A stretch of 64,000 nt of DNA from Octopus vulgaris (lineage: Eukaryota): NCBI GenBank assembly GCA_951406725.2, contig OX597819.1, positions 85,188,001 through 85,252,000 on the forward strand. The letters are read 5' to 3'. A program made the translations under genes and the position numbers. Position 1 is the stretch's first letter. Each line of letters starts with the position of its first letter. This document shows, piece by piece, positions 13,560 through 25,137 of the stretch. The notes beneath the pieces are model-generated. The model did no database searches and was not told where the DNA came from. It was given only the letters and a program-made list of their open reading frames with translations.

Positions 13560-16500
13560 TTACCTACGGACTTTGTAACCCTAAGGTGGTAAATTATATG
13601 CTTTTAATATTTTAGATTTCCAGACTTCTTTTCTAGGTCAGGTTACTCCTATTACAAGACTTGACAAACTTCATCACTGAGAACAATGATTCACAGGCAT
13701 ATGTTGAGGAAAACATGGATATTAGTACTGTTGCAAAGTTTTTTAAACTGGAAAAATTTTCTGGAATGACATTCAAAGTCTTTAATATATCGTTTTCTGC
13801 ACTCCTCTGTGGTACTCCTGTCTCTAATCGTCGTTTCTTCAGTATTTTCTAAATCAACTCTAAGGTCAATAACTTTTTGTTTCCAAATCGAGATACTTTG
13901 AACTTTAATCAACTGCATTTCAAAATCAGCCATGTTTATCCATGAAGACTTTTGTAAGTTTAGTTCTTTCAGTTTGATAATGTTTGGAACTTCATGAATT
14001 TTGCTGTCTCTTCCAGTTTCTTGAATTTAGCAAACCTTATAAAAAACTGCTCAACAGTTGACTCAATGTTTACAAACAGCTTTTGTTCTGTCATCTTTTG
14101 AGAGATCAATGATGCACCTCTTTAGGTTTGGGAAGTATCTAAATCTCTCATTGTCCACATGCCGCTTCAAAACTTCTAGTTTCATTTCAAAAGCCTTTAT
14201 GTCACCAAACATAACATCAAGTGTCTTGCCAGGGTCCTGTAATTTAACATTCAAGTCATTCAAATGTTCACAAAAATATGCAAATTACATTAGTTTACAA
14301 ACCTACATGATGTCAAACAATTCTTGGTCAGAAACATGTTGGTCATTCAGAAAGAGCTTTGTCTCATTCAAGCATTCAACAAATCGTTTCAGTACCAAAC
14401 TTAGGCTAAGCCATCGAACATTGTCGTACATTTTCAGTTCTTTATACACAAATTCTACCTCATTTAGTAAAACTTGAAATTGTTTCTTACTACTTTTGAA
14501 ATGTCAATTTGTCGAGAAGAGAATTCGTTCACAGCTGCTTTATATATTTCAGCCCCGGTAGTATGCTCAGGCAGTGTTAGAAGGGGAGCCATATTTCATC
14601 ACCTTTACAAAATCGAGAAAAAAGGGCTAACCTAGCTGTTGATATAATGTCTGTACTTTCATCAATACAAATAGAAAAACACTTACATGAAGACAAATCT
14701 TTTGTCAGTTGTTCAGAAGTATTCTTCTCCAACTTAAGTATTCTACCCTTAACTGTTTTTCTACTCTCAGACAATTCTTTAATGTGCCGAATAATTTTTT
14801 CCTTTTCTGAAAAATTGTCAAAAAGGAAAGGTGCACACTCTAGCCAAGCTTCTTTAATATACTCCCAGCCACTGATTGGCTTTCCATGTTGGGCAATAAC
14901 TTTTGAAACCTCATAACTAACAGCAACTAAGTTGGAATTGGGATTACCCAGATAAAGTTTATAAAAATATCAGCCTGTTTTTTTGTTTTACTGAGTTCAC
15001 GAGAAATTAATTCTCTTTGTTCCGCTTCAGTTTTATTGCTTAAGTTCTTCTGAACACTTTCAAAATATCTTTTTACAGTTCTACAAACAACAGTTTCGAA
15101 ATAGAAAATACAAAATGCTTTATTATTTTTCTTAATCATACCTAAATTTTCAGTCTAGTGTTTTTGAAATTCTCTAATAACCTCTTCAGTTGAACGACAT
15201 CGTTTCTTAGCTGGTGGTCCTGACATTCTTCACAATGTATAAAGTGCAGAAAAAAATGCATGAGATAATGATATACGTGAAAAAGGAGTAAGAAGAAAAG
15301 TAAAATGTCATTAAGTGAGTAATAAGTTTGAACAAACCACTTTACTTTTTATTAGTTTTTTATTGAAATAAAAAAAAGTTTGCTATCCCCACAAAATTAA
15401 AGGATGGTCCAGCGTAAAGATCGGTTAAGAAAAGCAAAACATGCAACACATCGCGAAATTTTATGGCAGCAAATAATTTGACGTTTACAGTTAATCATTT
15501 CAAGAAGCGATGACATATGCAACAGTTCAAGCCCGAAATAACAATCCAGTTTATGCATAATCTTTTATATATGCAATACATGTACTCTATATGCACAATA
15601 TACACACAACTACGACGAAAACATTACTACGGTTAACTAACTGTACCCAGACTTGCATGCAGGCTGAATTTAGCAGCATCGACCCGTGGTCCTCTGAATA
15701 TGATTTAGTCACTTGAACATCGATGGACATCAAATGATCTGCGTAACAAAAATTACAATACAGTACTGGCTTATGTATTAGAAATTGTTGAAAAATGTTG
15801 TGATATTATTGTATTCAAGCTGTACAAGTATATTTACCGTGTTCATGTCATAACAAATAGCATGATAGGAAATCAGGGAAGAACTGCATAAAGCTAAGTG
15901 TATTTTTCAACTTACGTTTAACATATAGAACGGATCTGTATAACAAAGAAAAATATCTAGAAGACTTATCAATTCTCAAAAGGATTTCTAATCTGACTGG
16001 ATATATGTACTATGGAGCATATTTTACACTCGTATAGGCAGCATAATGAAACTTGTTGTCACACAAGATTAGTATCACTCAAACCTACAGTCACGCAAGA
16101 CACAAGATATAAAACCATGCCGATGACTCACCCGCAAAAAATACGCCACTGAAGTCCACTAGCATAGCTGGGTGGGGGCGGGGAGAGATAGCACTTTAAA
16201 CAGCGTCAGCGTTTGCTTGTCATTCATTCGCTAACCCACTTTACACTATTCAGCACTGCAAGAATACAGCATAATGATGACGTCACTGATGTAGCGCGCA
16301 TCGAAGGGAATTTTGAACATGTAGGTGAGGTGGTTGTCTTGTCAACGAATACCAGTTGCGGAGCCTGAAGCCAAAACACTGGTCGGATCTGGGAGGAGAT
16401 CATTAAATAAAAGTAGGCCTAATGTGTAATGTAAAATGGATCTGAGCAATAAAAAGTCGCTATATATTGAAAGAAAGGCGTTTAATGGAGGGTTACTAGA

Positions 16501-16576
16501 GAGAGGGTTTCGCGAGCCAGAAACAAGTTATTGGCGTGCCTTGTTTGGCATGCGTGCCAGGGGTTGCCCACCCCTA
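13560..16576 (-). mobile_element. hAT (Charlie/SPIN, GTF2IRD2-like) DNA transposon with decayed transposase
   Basis: ATG at 15226 gives MSGPPAKKR. Motifs FSICIDESTD, VRWLS, NDLNVKLQ and FSSTYACESLFS. TIR-like TAGGGGTGGGCAAC ends at 16576 and is followed by CTCTAGGG (Charlie-type target). The other TIR was not found. Confidence 0.88.
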
Positions 16577-17026
16577 CTCTAGGGTGTCCGACAAGTCGTA
16601 AGCGCCCCTATACCTGATTAGCTTGTATTCTTTTATTTTTCCCTTCACCCTTACATTTGATTTATTTTTTCTTTCTTCTTCCCTTACCCTTAATTGTTTT
16701 ATGAACTCTCCTTACTTACCACTACGCCAAGCTTACTATAATAAATTATCTCCTACACCCTACTCCAGCCTACCTAGAAACTAGCCTAGCAGACAATTTC
16801 TAGCCCGGGTCACTGACCTCGCATATCATATTACACCTTTTTCTTAACCTAAACGGCCGACATAGCTTCTCATTCTCCCATTTTACAACTGGCTTCGACA
16901 GACTCTATTAAAACTAATGCATATTGTGAAATATACCATAATCTACTATGTGCATTGTTGAGTTCCATTAACATTGAGATAGCAGCACGCCAAAACATTG
17001 GGGTGGCCTAATACTTTTGGCTAAAG

Positions 17027-17063
<37 letters not shown>

Positions 17064-17132
17064 TATACATATATACACACACATATATATGTATACATTT
17101 ATATATACATTATATGTATCCATGTATGTATA

Positions 17133-17550
17133 TTAATAGTTATCGCCATGCTAACATGGCAGTCCAGGAAAATAGGGCGAATGCTGCCGTTGATTAGCTC
17201 CAAGAGGCCATCGCCTCTAGCTACCTATGTGACACACGGTCCTGTGTCTATTATAACCTTCGAACAGAGGAGGCCAGCCGCTTCCCTGTGTTGGCATTTA
17301 CTGACTAGTTTCAGGGTATTTTCCCCTTATCAATAGCTAGCGAGAGGCGATGGCCTTTTGGAGCTAATCAACGGCTGCATTCGTCCTATTTTTCTGGACT
17401 GCCATGTTAGCCTGGCGATAACTATTAATATCCAGTGCCGTTGCCGTAATCTCCTTTACAGAGACTTAGAAATATTAATATTTCTATTTTTGAAAACCAG
17501 TGGTTGTATTCCACTGAATTTTAGGCAAATAACCCTTCGAACAGACGGTC
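17133..17550. mobile_element. Diverged relative of the 362-nt HHR family, inverted arrangement; HHR core at 17303-17333 (minus)
   Basis: Shares ggagctaat, ggcgataactatta, gagacttag and ataaccttcgaac with the unit at 3129. Arms 17133-17222 and 17336-17428 are inverted. Core TTGATAA gggg-aaaata-ccct GAAAC TA GTC. Confidence 0.8.
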
Positions 17551-17559
17551 AGTAGTGAA

Positions 17560-17985
17560 TACACTTTATAAAATTAGACTACCAATGTTTAGCAAAAGAA
17601 AATATAATCCAAATTATGTTATTATTGTGTTTCTTATTGGTATGGTGCTTTTTATTAGACGGGTTGCCCATTCGAATAAAAGTTATAGGTTTCTTTTTTC
17701 CTCTCGTATTAACGCCATCACTAACATTGCTATTCTTCTTCATATTAAGAAATTGTGGTGTGTCTATTGAAATTCATATCCATATAGCTTTTGCTATGAT
17801 TGGAAAATTCATTGCTAAATTTGTTGTACTTAATTTGATTTTTATAACCAGCACTCCTAAGAGCCAGATTGTAATAGTCTTTATGCTTATTAAAAATTTC
17901 TTCATTTGAGGATAATGAGTTAATTCTATTTTCAATGTTATAAGGTATGTTACCAAGAATATTAGAAGTAATATTGCTATGTATT
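17560..17985 (-). mobile_element. Naiad-type PLE thumb/linker fragment
   Basis: Minus frame IPYNIENRINSLSSNEEIFNKHKDYYNLALRSAGYKNQIKY matches AISDRLTKLSSNREIFNNHAQHYNQALYSAGYNQRISY of the 8.4-kb element. Confidence 0.7.
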
Positions 17986-18585
17986 GAATTCTATTTTGTA
18001 TTAAATCTAATTTTGATTCAACATTTTTTTCTCCTCCATTTTTCTATAATTGTTCATGGTATATTTATACCTATAACGGTATTTTTCAACTACTATTTTT
18101 CCTATTCTTATTACTTGCTCTGGCTGTTTTTTTATGAATATGATGAATCTTTATTAGAAATCATTATTTCTCTCTTTTTGGACGTCTCATAAAGTTTGAA
18201 TTGTTTTTTTGAACTTATTTCCTCCCTCTCTCATTATATATACATACATACATCTTATAAACAAGGGCAAAAGAAAAAAAAAATTCTAATGCCAAATATG
18301 CCGAAAATAGACAAATCGTCAATAACCATATATGATTCATCACTATAAGCACGCATCTCGAAGTAAGCCTTTAAAGGTATTTTTTAATATGCTGGCCATT
18401 GATAGAATTTGAAATTTATATTGTTGTCTTTAAGACGCCAAACTAATTTACTTAGCCCTGTACTATGTCGTTTTTTTACTATCCCTGAATGTTGAATAAT
18501 GGTTAGTTTCTGACGTGAATTTGCTACCCAGGTTTCGGTTAAACGAATTTTCCATGCTGACGATAAACATAGGATTATTCATTCA

Positions 18586-18658
<73 letters not shown>

Positions 18659-18804
18659 TCCTGTAAGGTTTTTATATTGCGGCTAGTTGCTTATATTAAT
18701 TTTCAGTGTACACATTAGCATTTTTGTAAATCGGCCATAAATTTATATGGTGAATATGTATACTGACAGGCGCATTCAGCTAAGCCATCCGGATAATGGA
18801 GTAG

Positions 18805-18850
18805 GCACTGCTGACGTGTCTGAAACTGACTGACAAAACCGGTCCAGTGC
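18805..18850 (+). ncRNA. Degenerate minimal hammerhead
   Basis: gcactg CTGACGT gtc...gac AAAAC CG GTC cagtgc. Perfect 6-bp stem I and palindromic ACCGGT, with two core substitutions. Confidence 0.6.
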
Positions 18851-19112
18851 TTCAGCTTTTTCCCTTGTCAGTGTATATAAATTGTGTGCTTTATGCAGCC
18901 CTAAGGGATTTAACTCTTATTTCTTGCAATGTAGGTGTTATTCAGCATGAAAATTGCATAGTTTAATGCATGAAAGTACTACTTCAGGCAGAATGGACAT
19001 TTATATTATCTTATGTTATATTATTATAAGATTGTAAATAAAATGTGAAAATCAAAGTTGGAATTTCTTTGTGTAATATATTCTTCTATGCACAATCATA
19101 CACACTTGTGTA

Positions 19113-19173
<61 letters not shown>

Positions 19174-19195
19174 GTCAGTCTGTCTATCTATCTAT

Positions 19196-19300
<105 letters not shown>

Positions 19301-19699
19301 GAAATATCTAATTTACTGACCGATTTTTCCATTAATTAGTACTGCTTCTTTGACTGCTGGGTGCTGTAATGCTAAACAATGTATTTCTGATTATTTGAAG
19401 ATGTGCGAAACAGAAATTCACTCGGTATTTTCATATTCTGAATCAATCACCATCGAAAAACTATTTTCGTGAAGGGATTTTTAAGTGAGTACCAGTAGAA
19501 TTATCAGGCGAGTTTACATGGAAAATAGTTCCGAGAATAGACTTACTACCTAATTATCTTTAGATTTATCTATCCCACCATCCATCTGTCCACCTATCCA
19601 CTCATCCGTCCAACCATCCATCCATCCATCTATTCGTCCGTCCGTCGACCTACCCATTAATTCATTTATCTGCCAGTCTATTCATAATATCGTTTTCAA

Positions 19700-19900
19700 A
19701 TTTTGGTTCAATGTTAGCAATTTCGGGGGTGAGGTAAGTCGGTTACAGAGACTCCACTGTTTAACTGGTACCTATTTTATCGAAAATCCGGAAGGACGAA
19801 AGGCAAAGTCGACCTGGAATTTAAAGTCAGAATGTAAAAACAAATGAAATCCCGCTAAGCATTTTGTCCGGTTTGCTAACGATTCTGTTAGCTCGCTACT
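19700..19900 (-). mobile_element. SINE of the Nin/Deu-domain-like family
   Basis: Reverse-complement similarity to 46008-46237 (gtcgactttgcctt...gataaa..gtaccag). Confidence 0.65.
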
Positions 19901-20619
19901 CTAATTCTTTCATATATATTGACAGCTCGACGGTTTAACTTGTTGAACATGAAGCTGCAACAAGAGAGAAAGAGAGAGAAAAAATATTGCCTATTTGTAG
20001 GTTTTGCTTCGGCTGATAAGGCCCATCCTGGCAGAGAAGTATTAGACACTATACATTGTTAGGGTGTGATTTGCAAGCTTCAATTTTGACCACGGTAATA
20101 CAGAAAGAGAAGAATCTGTCTGTCTAATTGAAGCTCCTGGTGCTAGTTATCTTCTAAGTAGACTTATTTGGAGCGAGATCCTCTCGTGATTTTCGTTTGA
20201 TCTTGCTGTACTTTTAGTTCATCTTTGTATATTTTATGAGGTGCATAAAATAGTATCCTTTTCGCAAATTCAAAATAATTCTGGGTGCTGTAATGCTAAA
20301 CAATGTATTTCTGATTATTTGAAGATGTGCGAAACAGAAATTCTATCTCAACTATCTCAACTCAGCTGGATTTGTTTGTATAGAAAGAAAATCGCCTTCC
20401 TTTCCTTTTTCTCCTTCACATCATAATTGTTTTAACGATTATTTTTCCGCGCTTGCATGGGTCAGACGGACTTTGATGTTTCCAAGCGAGATAATTTCTC
20501 CAAGGCCGGATATATGTTCCTAGAAGACTGGACTCAAATAACACTACTTGTATGAGGATGATACTTGTATACAATTATCGCAGGATATCCAGACAAGGAG
20601 ACACAAACATACACATATA

Positions 20620-20790
20620 TACAGATAAGATGGTCTTCTTTCAGTTTTCGGCAAGCGAATCCCTGCCAAAGGCTTTTGTCGTCCAGAGGCTATAATAAAG
20701 GACAGTTATGCAAGGTTATACACAGTAGAACTGAACCCGAAAATTCGTGGTTCGGAAGCAAAGTTGTCAACCATAGAAACATACCTGCAC
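20620..20790 (-). mobile_element. Diverged CORE-type SINE, 5' half
   Basis: tcttctttcagttt...ggctataataaaggacagttatgcaagg resembles the reverse complement of the 24569 family head. Confidence 0.55.
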
Positions 20791-21399
20791 CTATAGTGAA
20801 AGATAATATATACATCATTTTATATTTTATAAAAAAAACCAGGTATATTATTACCCAGAAATGCGCATATTTGAGCATAGATATTGTGTAATATAATGAA
20901 TTGAATTTTCCAGAATGGCACGAAAAGGAAAAGTCGACTCGATATTAGGAAAACTGGTAGAAACATTTTTCTGCATTGAATATTCATTCAGCTGAACACG
21001 CATCTCTTATTGATAATAGCTGAAAGAAGAGTCCGCTTCGAAGCTAAAGTTCAGTTGTTGTAATGGATGAAAACAGGTATAACTAGAAATGCGCAAACTG
21101 CAAAATAACATATGGCTGTAATTATTGCGAAAGCTACATATGACTTGGGATCCCAGCTTATGAGTCCGTTTATGTTTTAATGTTCAGACAATATGGCAAA
21201 CTTGGTTAAATTCGTACTGAGAAAAAGAAAGAGTTTGGACTGTATAACTAGAAACAAAATGTATTAGAAGTATTTTCAAGCAAATACTCTGATGTCATAC
21301 AGAAAATAGTTAACAAGCCGATGAAAGATGTCCTTGCAATCAACCAACCAGCATAGAGTTAATGACCAAACGTTAATATGGACCCATGTTGTGTGTATA

Positions 21400-22170
21400 C
21401 ATGCCCTATCTGATAGCTATGGAAGACATGGACTTTAATGACCTGTGTAGTTGGAATTGTATACTTAACGAATTTCGCAAATGAAACAGTGCAACACGTA
21501 CAAGGGAAAATATAGGTACTGTATATCCTAATGGTGTAAGAATTCAGAAATGCTAAAGGTGGTTTAACAAATTCGCAGATGATGGTTTAGATTTTTTGGA
21601 TAAGTATCAGTCAGGAAGGCCAACTGTTCTCAGTAATGATGCAGAGGAAACAGCAACTGAAAAGGATCCGCGTCAAAATATCGGTGAGTCATCCCGAAGA
21701 CTTCATAAACCTTGATCCACCGTGCAAGATCATATCAAGCGGATTGGGAAAGGAAAGTGTATAGACAACGGAAGTGGGTACCTCAATAGCTATTCTCCTA
21801 GAATGAAGCAGTGAGTTGAACAAGAGAACTCAAGAAAAGATAAATTCATTACGTTGGAAAGCTTTACTTCATCCTCCTTACTCTTCAGAAGTAGCGTCAT
21901 CAGATTTTCACTTATTCAGATCACTCGAATACTTTGCTAGGGGTAAAGTAACCGGAAGCAAAGACGAAACGGCACCCCAAACATTCTTCTCTTCGAAAGA
22001 ACTTAATTTTTCTTTGTTCGAGGAATGAAAAAAACTAGTTTTGTGATAGGAAAATGATATTTTTAACGATGGCAATTATATTTTGGACGAATAAATATAT
22101 TTACGATTTGTTTTATGCTGTTTTGAATTAATTATATGAAATACAACATTACTTTTTGGCACCCCTAATA
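21400..22170 (+). mobile_element. Internally deleted mariner transposon relic
   Basis: SGRP, KWVP and HPPYSSEVASSDFHLFRSL (YSPDLAP-like) motifs. The 3' TIR cattactttttggcacccctaa is followed by TA at about 22169. Confidence 0.85.
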
Positions 22171-23141
22171 GGAATATGTTTGTTAGAGAAATGACCTGCA
22201 TAGTGGTCGTGGTTGTTATAATAATCACTGTAAGGTCTAGGCGTGAAGTGAGGTGGATAGTTGTAGCAAACTGTCCGTAAAATTCCCAAATAGTAAATGT
22301 CCTGCGCTACTGCCAAAATGACTGCTTTCTGGCCAGTCTATAGAGAAGCAATCAGTTTACGGAAAAAAGAAAGCGAGAGAGCGAATAGACAATTTTTTTA
22401 ATAATATTCTATAACTTGAATAATTAATTTATCGAATAATTCAGTTAGTTGTAATCCTAATTACTAGCGATAACTATGAAATATCCACATTCATATCGCT
22501 AAATGCTTTTTAACAAATAACTTTCTGTCAAAAGAAAAGTTTTTTCTTTTTATAATAGAATATCATTTTCTAAAATAATGTAGGTAGTGACTTTCACTGT
22601 TAGCTGACGTAAGATGGCTGCTGATTCTAACTTCAGTGGGTAAACGTGTCATGATTGATATTTAATTTAAGAAAACACAGAATCAAATATGTGAATATGA
22701 GTTCGTATGGTTTTCACGCCACGACAGTAATGCTCGATTTACGCTCTCCATCACACACACATACACACACACCACTTTTCATTTCTAAACTCCTGCAACC
22801 AAACGACGCCAACATGCAAACGAGACAATTTACGTCAAACCTGCACTGATTCCATGAAAGGGTATTGGAAAACATCACCCAATGTAGCCATGCCAATCGT
22901 ATCCCCTTTAAAACATAAAGATACAATCGCTATACAAAGGAGAAAACAATATCATTACCTAATATCTTGCTACCTAACCACTGCTAAAACTCAATAAAAC
23001 TCAGGTGAGGCCCATGATTGGAAAACTGTTTCCACCTTTGTGATGGTATTTCTGTTACTGATACAGACGTCTTATACTGCACCGAGAAAATGTTATATAT
23101 ATTATATAATATCACACACACACATATATATATATATATAC

Positions 23142-23204
<63 letters not shown>

Positions 23205-23658
23205 TTACACACATACAAAAGACACACATAAATATACAGAGTAAGTCGGAAACATTCATAGTTATTATTCTACTACTAAAGATCAGACACATTCCTCTTA
23301 GATTCTGCAGTTTTAATCAATTTCAATTTCATAGCTCACTACGCTAAATACGTAAGAACCCACGTTATAATCCCAACAGGAACATACGCACGCGTGTGTG
23401 TGCAAGTGCTGTGTGTTTACATTTAGAATATTAATGTAAAAGCAACGAGAACTACATTATTTAAAAGTGAATTTTCTTAGGCTGCACCATAAAAACGTCC
23501 AATTTGACAGAAGAGTCTGTAAGCTACTTTAATGTATGAGTTACCATACATTTTATAACTACAGAAAATGCGTGGTCCATATCCAGAAGATAGCCTTCAC
23601 TATTTTCATTCACAGGGTTGTGAACCAAATATATCGCAACCTCGAAAACCACCTCTAA

Positions 23659-23696
<38 letters not shown>

Positions 23697-23749
23697 GTTC
23701 TCTTTCTCTAATGTAAGTATACATATCTGTAAATATAATATATAAAAGT

Positions 23750-23889
23750 TGTACATTATTTAGATTTGACAGATATTTGTCCTCATCTTGTTTCGGCTGA
23801 TATATCTTCCAGCCTCCAGCATATGGCGCAGTGGTTAAGAGCGCGGGTCACCAACCCCAAGATCGCGAGTTCGATTCCAGGCAGTGACC

Positions 23890-23929
<40 letters not shown>

Positions 23930-24107
23930 TAACATCGAAAAATACCTTAGGAATGAGAACCCAGGCTCGGAATTTTCCCAAGACTCCTGATGAAGGCAGG
24001 AGGGTATATCAGCCGAAACATTGTGTTAACAACATAGAAGATGAGGACAAATATCCATCTAATGTAAATAATGTACATAATTCCTCATCTCTTAAATATA
24101 GTACTGT
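23750..24107 (+). mobile_element. tRNA-headed SINE-like element with (AAT)n, an HHR-like 3' module and an inverted 5' copy of that module
   Basis: A box TGGCGCAGTGG and B box GTTCGATTCC within 23818-23890, then (AAT)n. CTGATGA aggc..gcc GAAAC at about 23987-24019. 23750-23815 is the reverse complement of about 23994-24076. Confidence 0.75.
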
Positions 24108-24247
24108 ATAATAAATGCTGTGACCTCATATGTACATACATTTGTATGTATGCATTTATATTTTGAGAGAAACAGAGAGAAGAGTGTGAGAGTGAAACAG
24201 AGAGTAAGAGAGAGAAACAGAGAGCGTATCAAAGATTCGATTTAATT

Positions 24248-24296
<49 letters not shown>

Positions 24297-24389
24297 TACA
24301 CACACATACACAGGCACTCATAGAGCGTTCGCCCTCCACCTTCATTTTTAAATTCCCTACTCCCTAAAACGTTTAGCAGCATTTTGATT

Positions 24390-24545
24390 TCCTCTACGTA
24401 CTGAGTTTAAACTGTGTGAGGGTCGACTTTGCCTGCCATCCTGTCAGGTTCAATTAAAATAAGTACCAGGTGAGCACTGGGGTCAATGTAATCTGCCAGT
24501 CCTGCCCTTAAAATTTAAGGTCTTGTGCCTATTGTAGAAGAAAGG
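24390..24545 (+). mobile_element. Partial Nin/Deu-domain-like SINE
   Basis: gtcgactttgcc..catcc..taagtaccag..gcactggggtc. Confidence 0.6.
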
Positions 24546-24568
24546 ATAATTTTTATTTATTTCTATAT

Positions 24569-24972
24569 AAGCGTAGGAGTGGCTGTGTGGTAAGTAGCTT
24601 GCTTACCAACCACATAGTTTCGGGTTCAGTTCCACTGCGTGGCACCTTGGGCAAGTGTCTTCTAATATAGCCTCAGGCCGACCAAAGTCTTGTGAGTGGA
24701 TTTGGTAGACGGAAACTGAAAGAAGCCTGTCGTATATATGTATATATGTATGTGTGTGTGTATATGTTTGTGTGTCTGTGTTTGTCCCCCAATATCACTT
24801 GACAACCGATGCTGGTGTGTTTACGCCCCCGTAACTTAGCGGTTCGACAAAAGATACTGATATAATAAGTACTAGGCTTACAAAGAATAAGTCCTGAGGT
24901 CTATTTGCTCGACTAAAAGCGGTGCTCCAGCATGATCACAGTCAAATGACTGAAACAAGTAAAAGAGTAAAG
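24569..24972 (+). mobile_element. Full-length CORE-type tRNA SINE
   Basis: A/B-box head, ccttgggcaagtg core, internal TA/TG tract and 3' tail gcggtgctccagcatg..cagtcaaatgactgaaac(aagtaaaag)n. Confidence 0.85.
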
Positions 24973-24990
24973 AGTGTATACATGATTTTT

Positions 24991-25041
<51 letters not shown>

Positions 25042-25137
25042 TGTGATACTTGCGTATGTGGAGGATATGTGTGTATATGTTTTTTATGTGTGTGTGTGTA
25101 TGGGTGGCGATTAACGGTTCGTGGGAATGTAGTATAT

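Noticed and set aside
16990-17031. Tc1-like TIR fragment (also a mariner-like TIR at about 23478)
   Set aside because: Single ends with no partner TIR or transposase identified.
23818-23890. Functional tRNA gene
   Set aside because: The acceptor stem does not close and there is no T-run terminator. It continues into repeat body.
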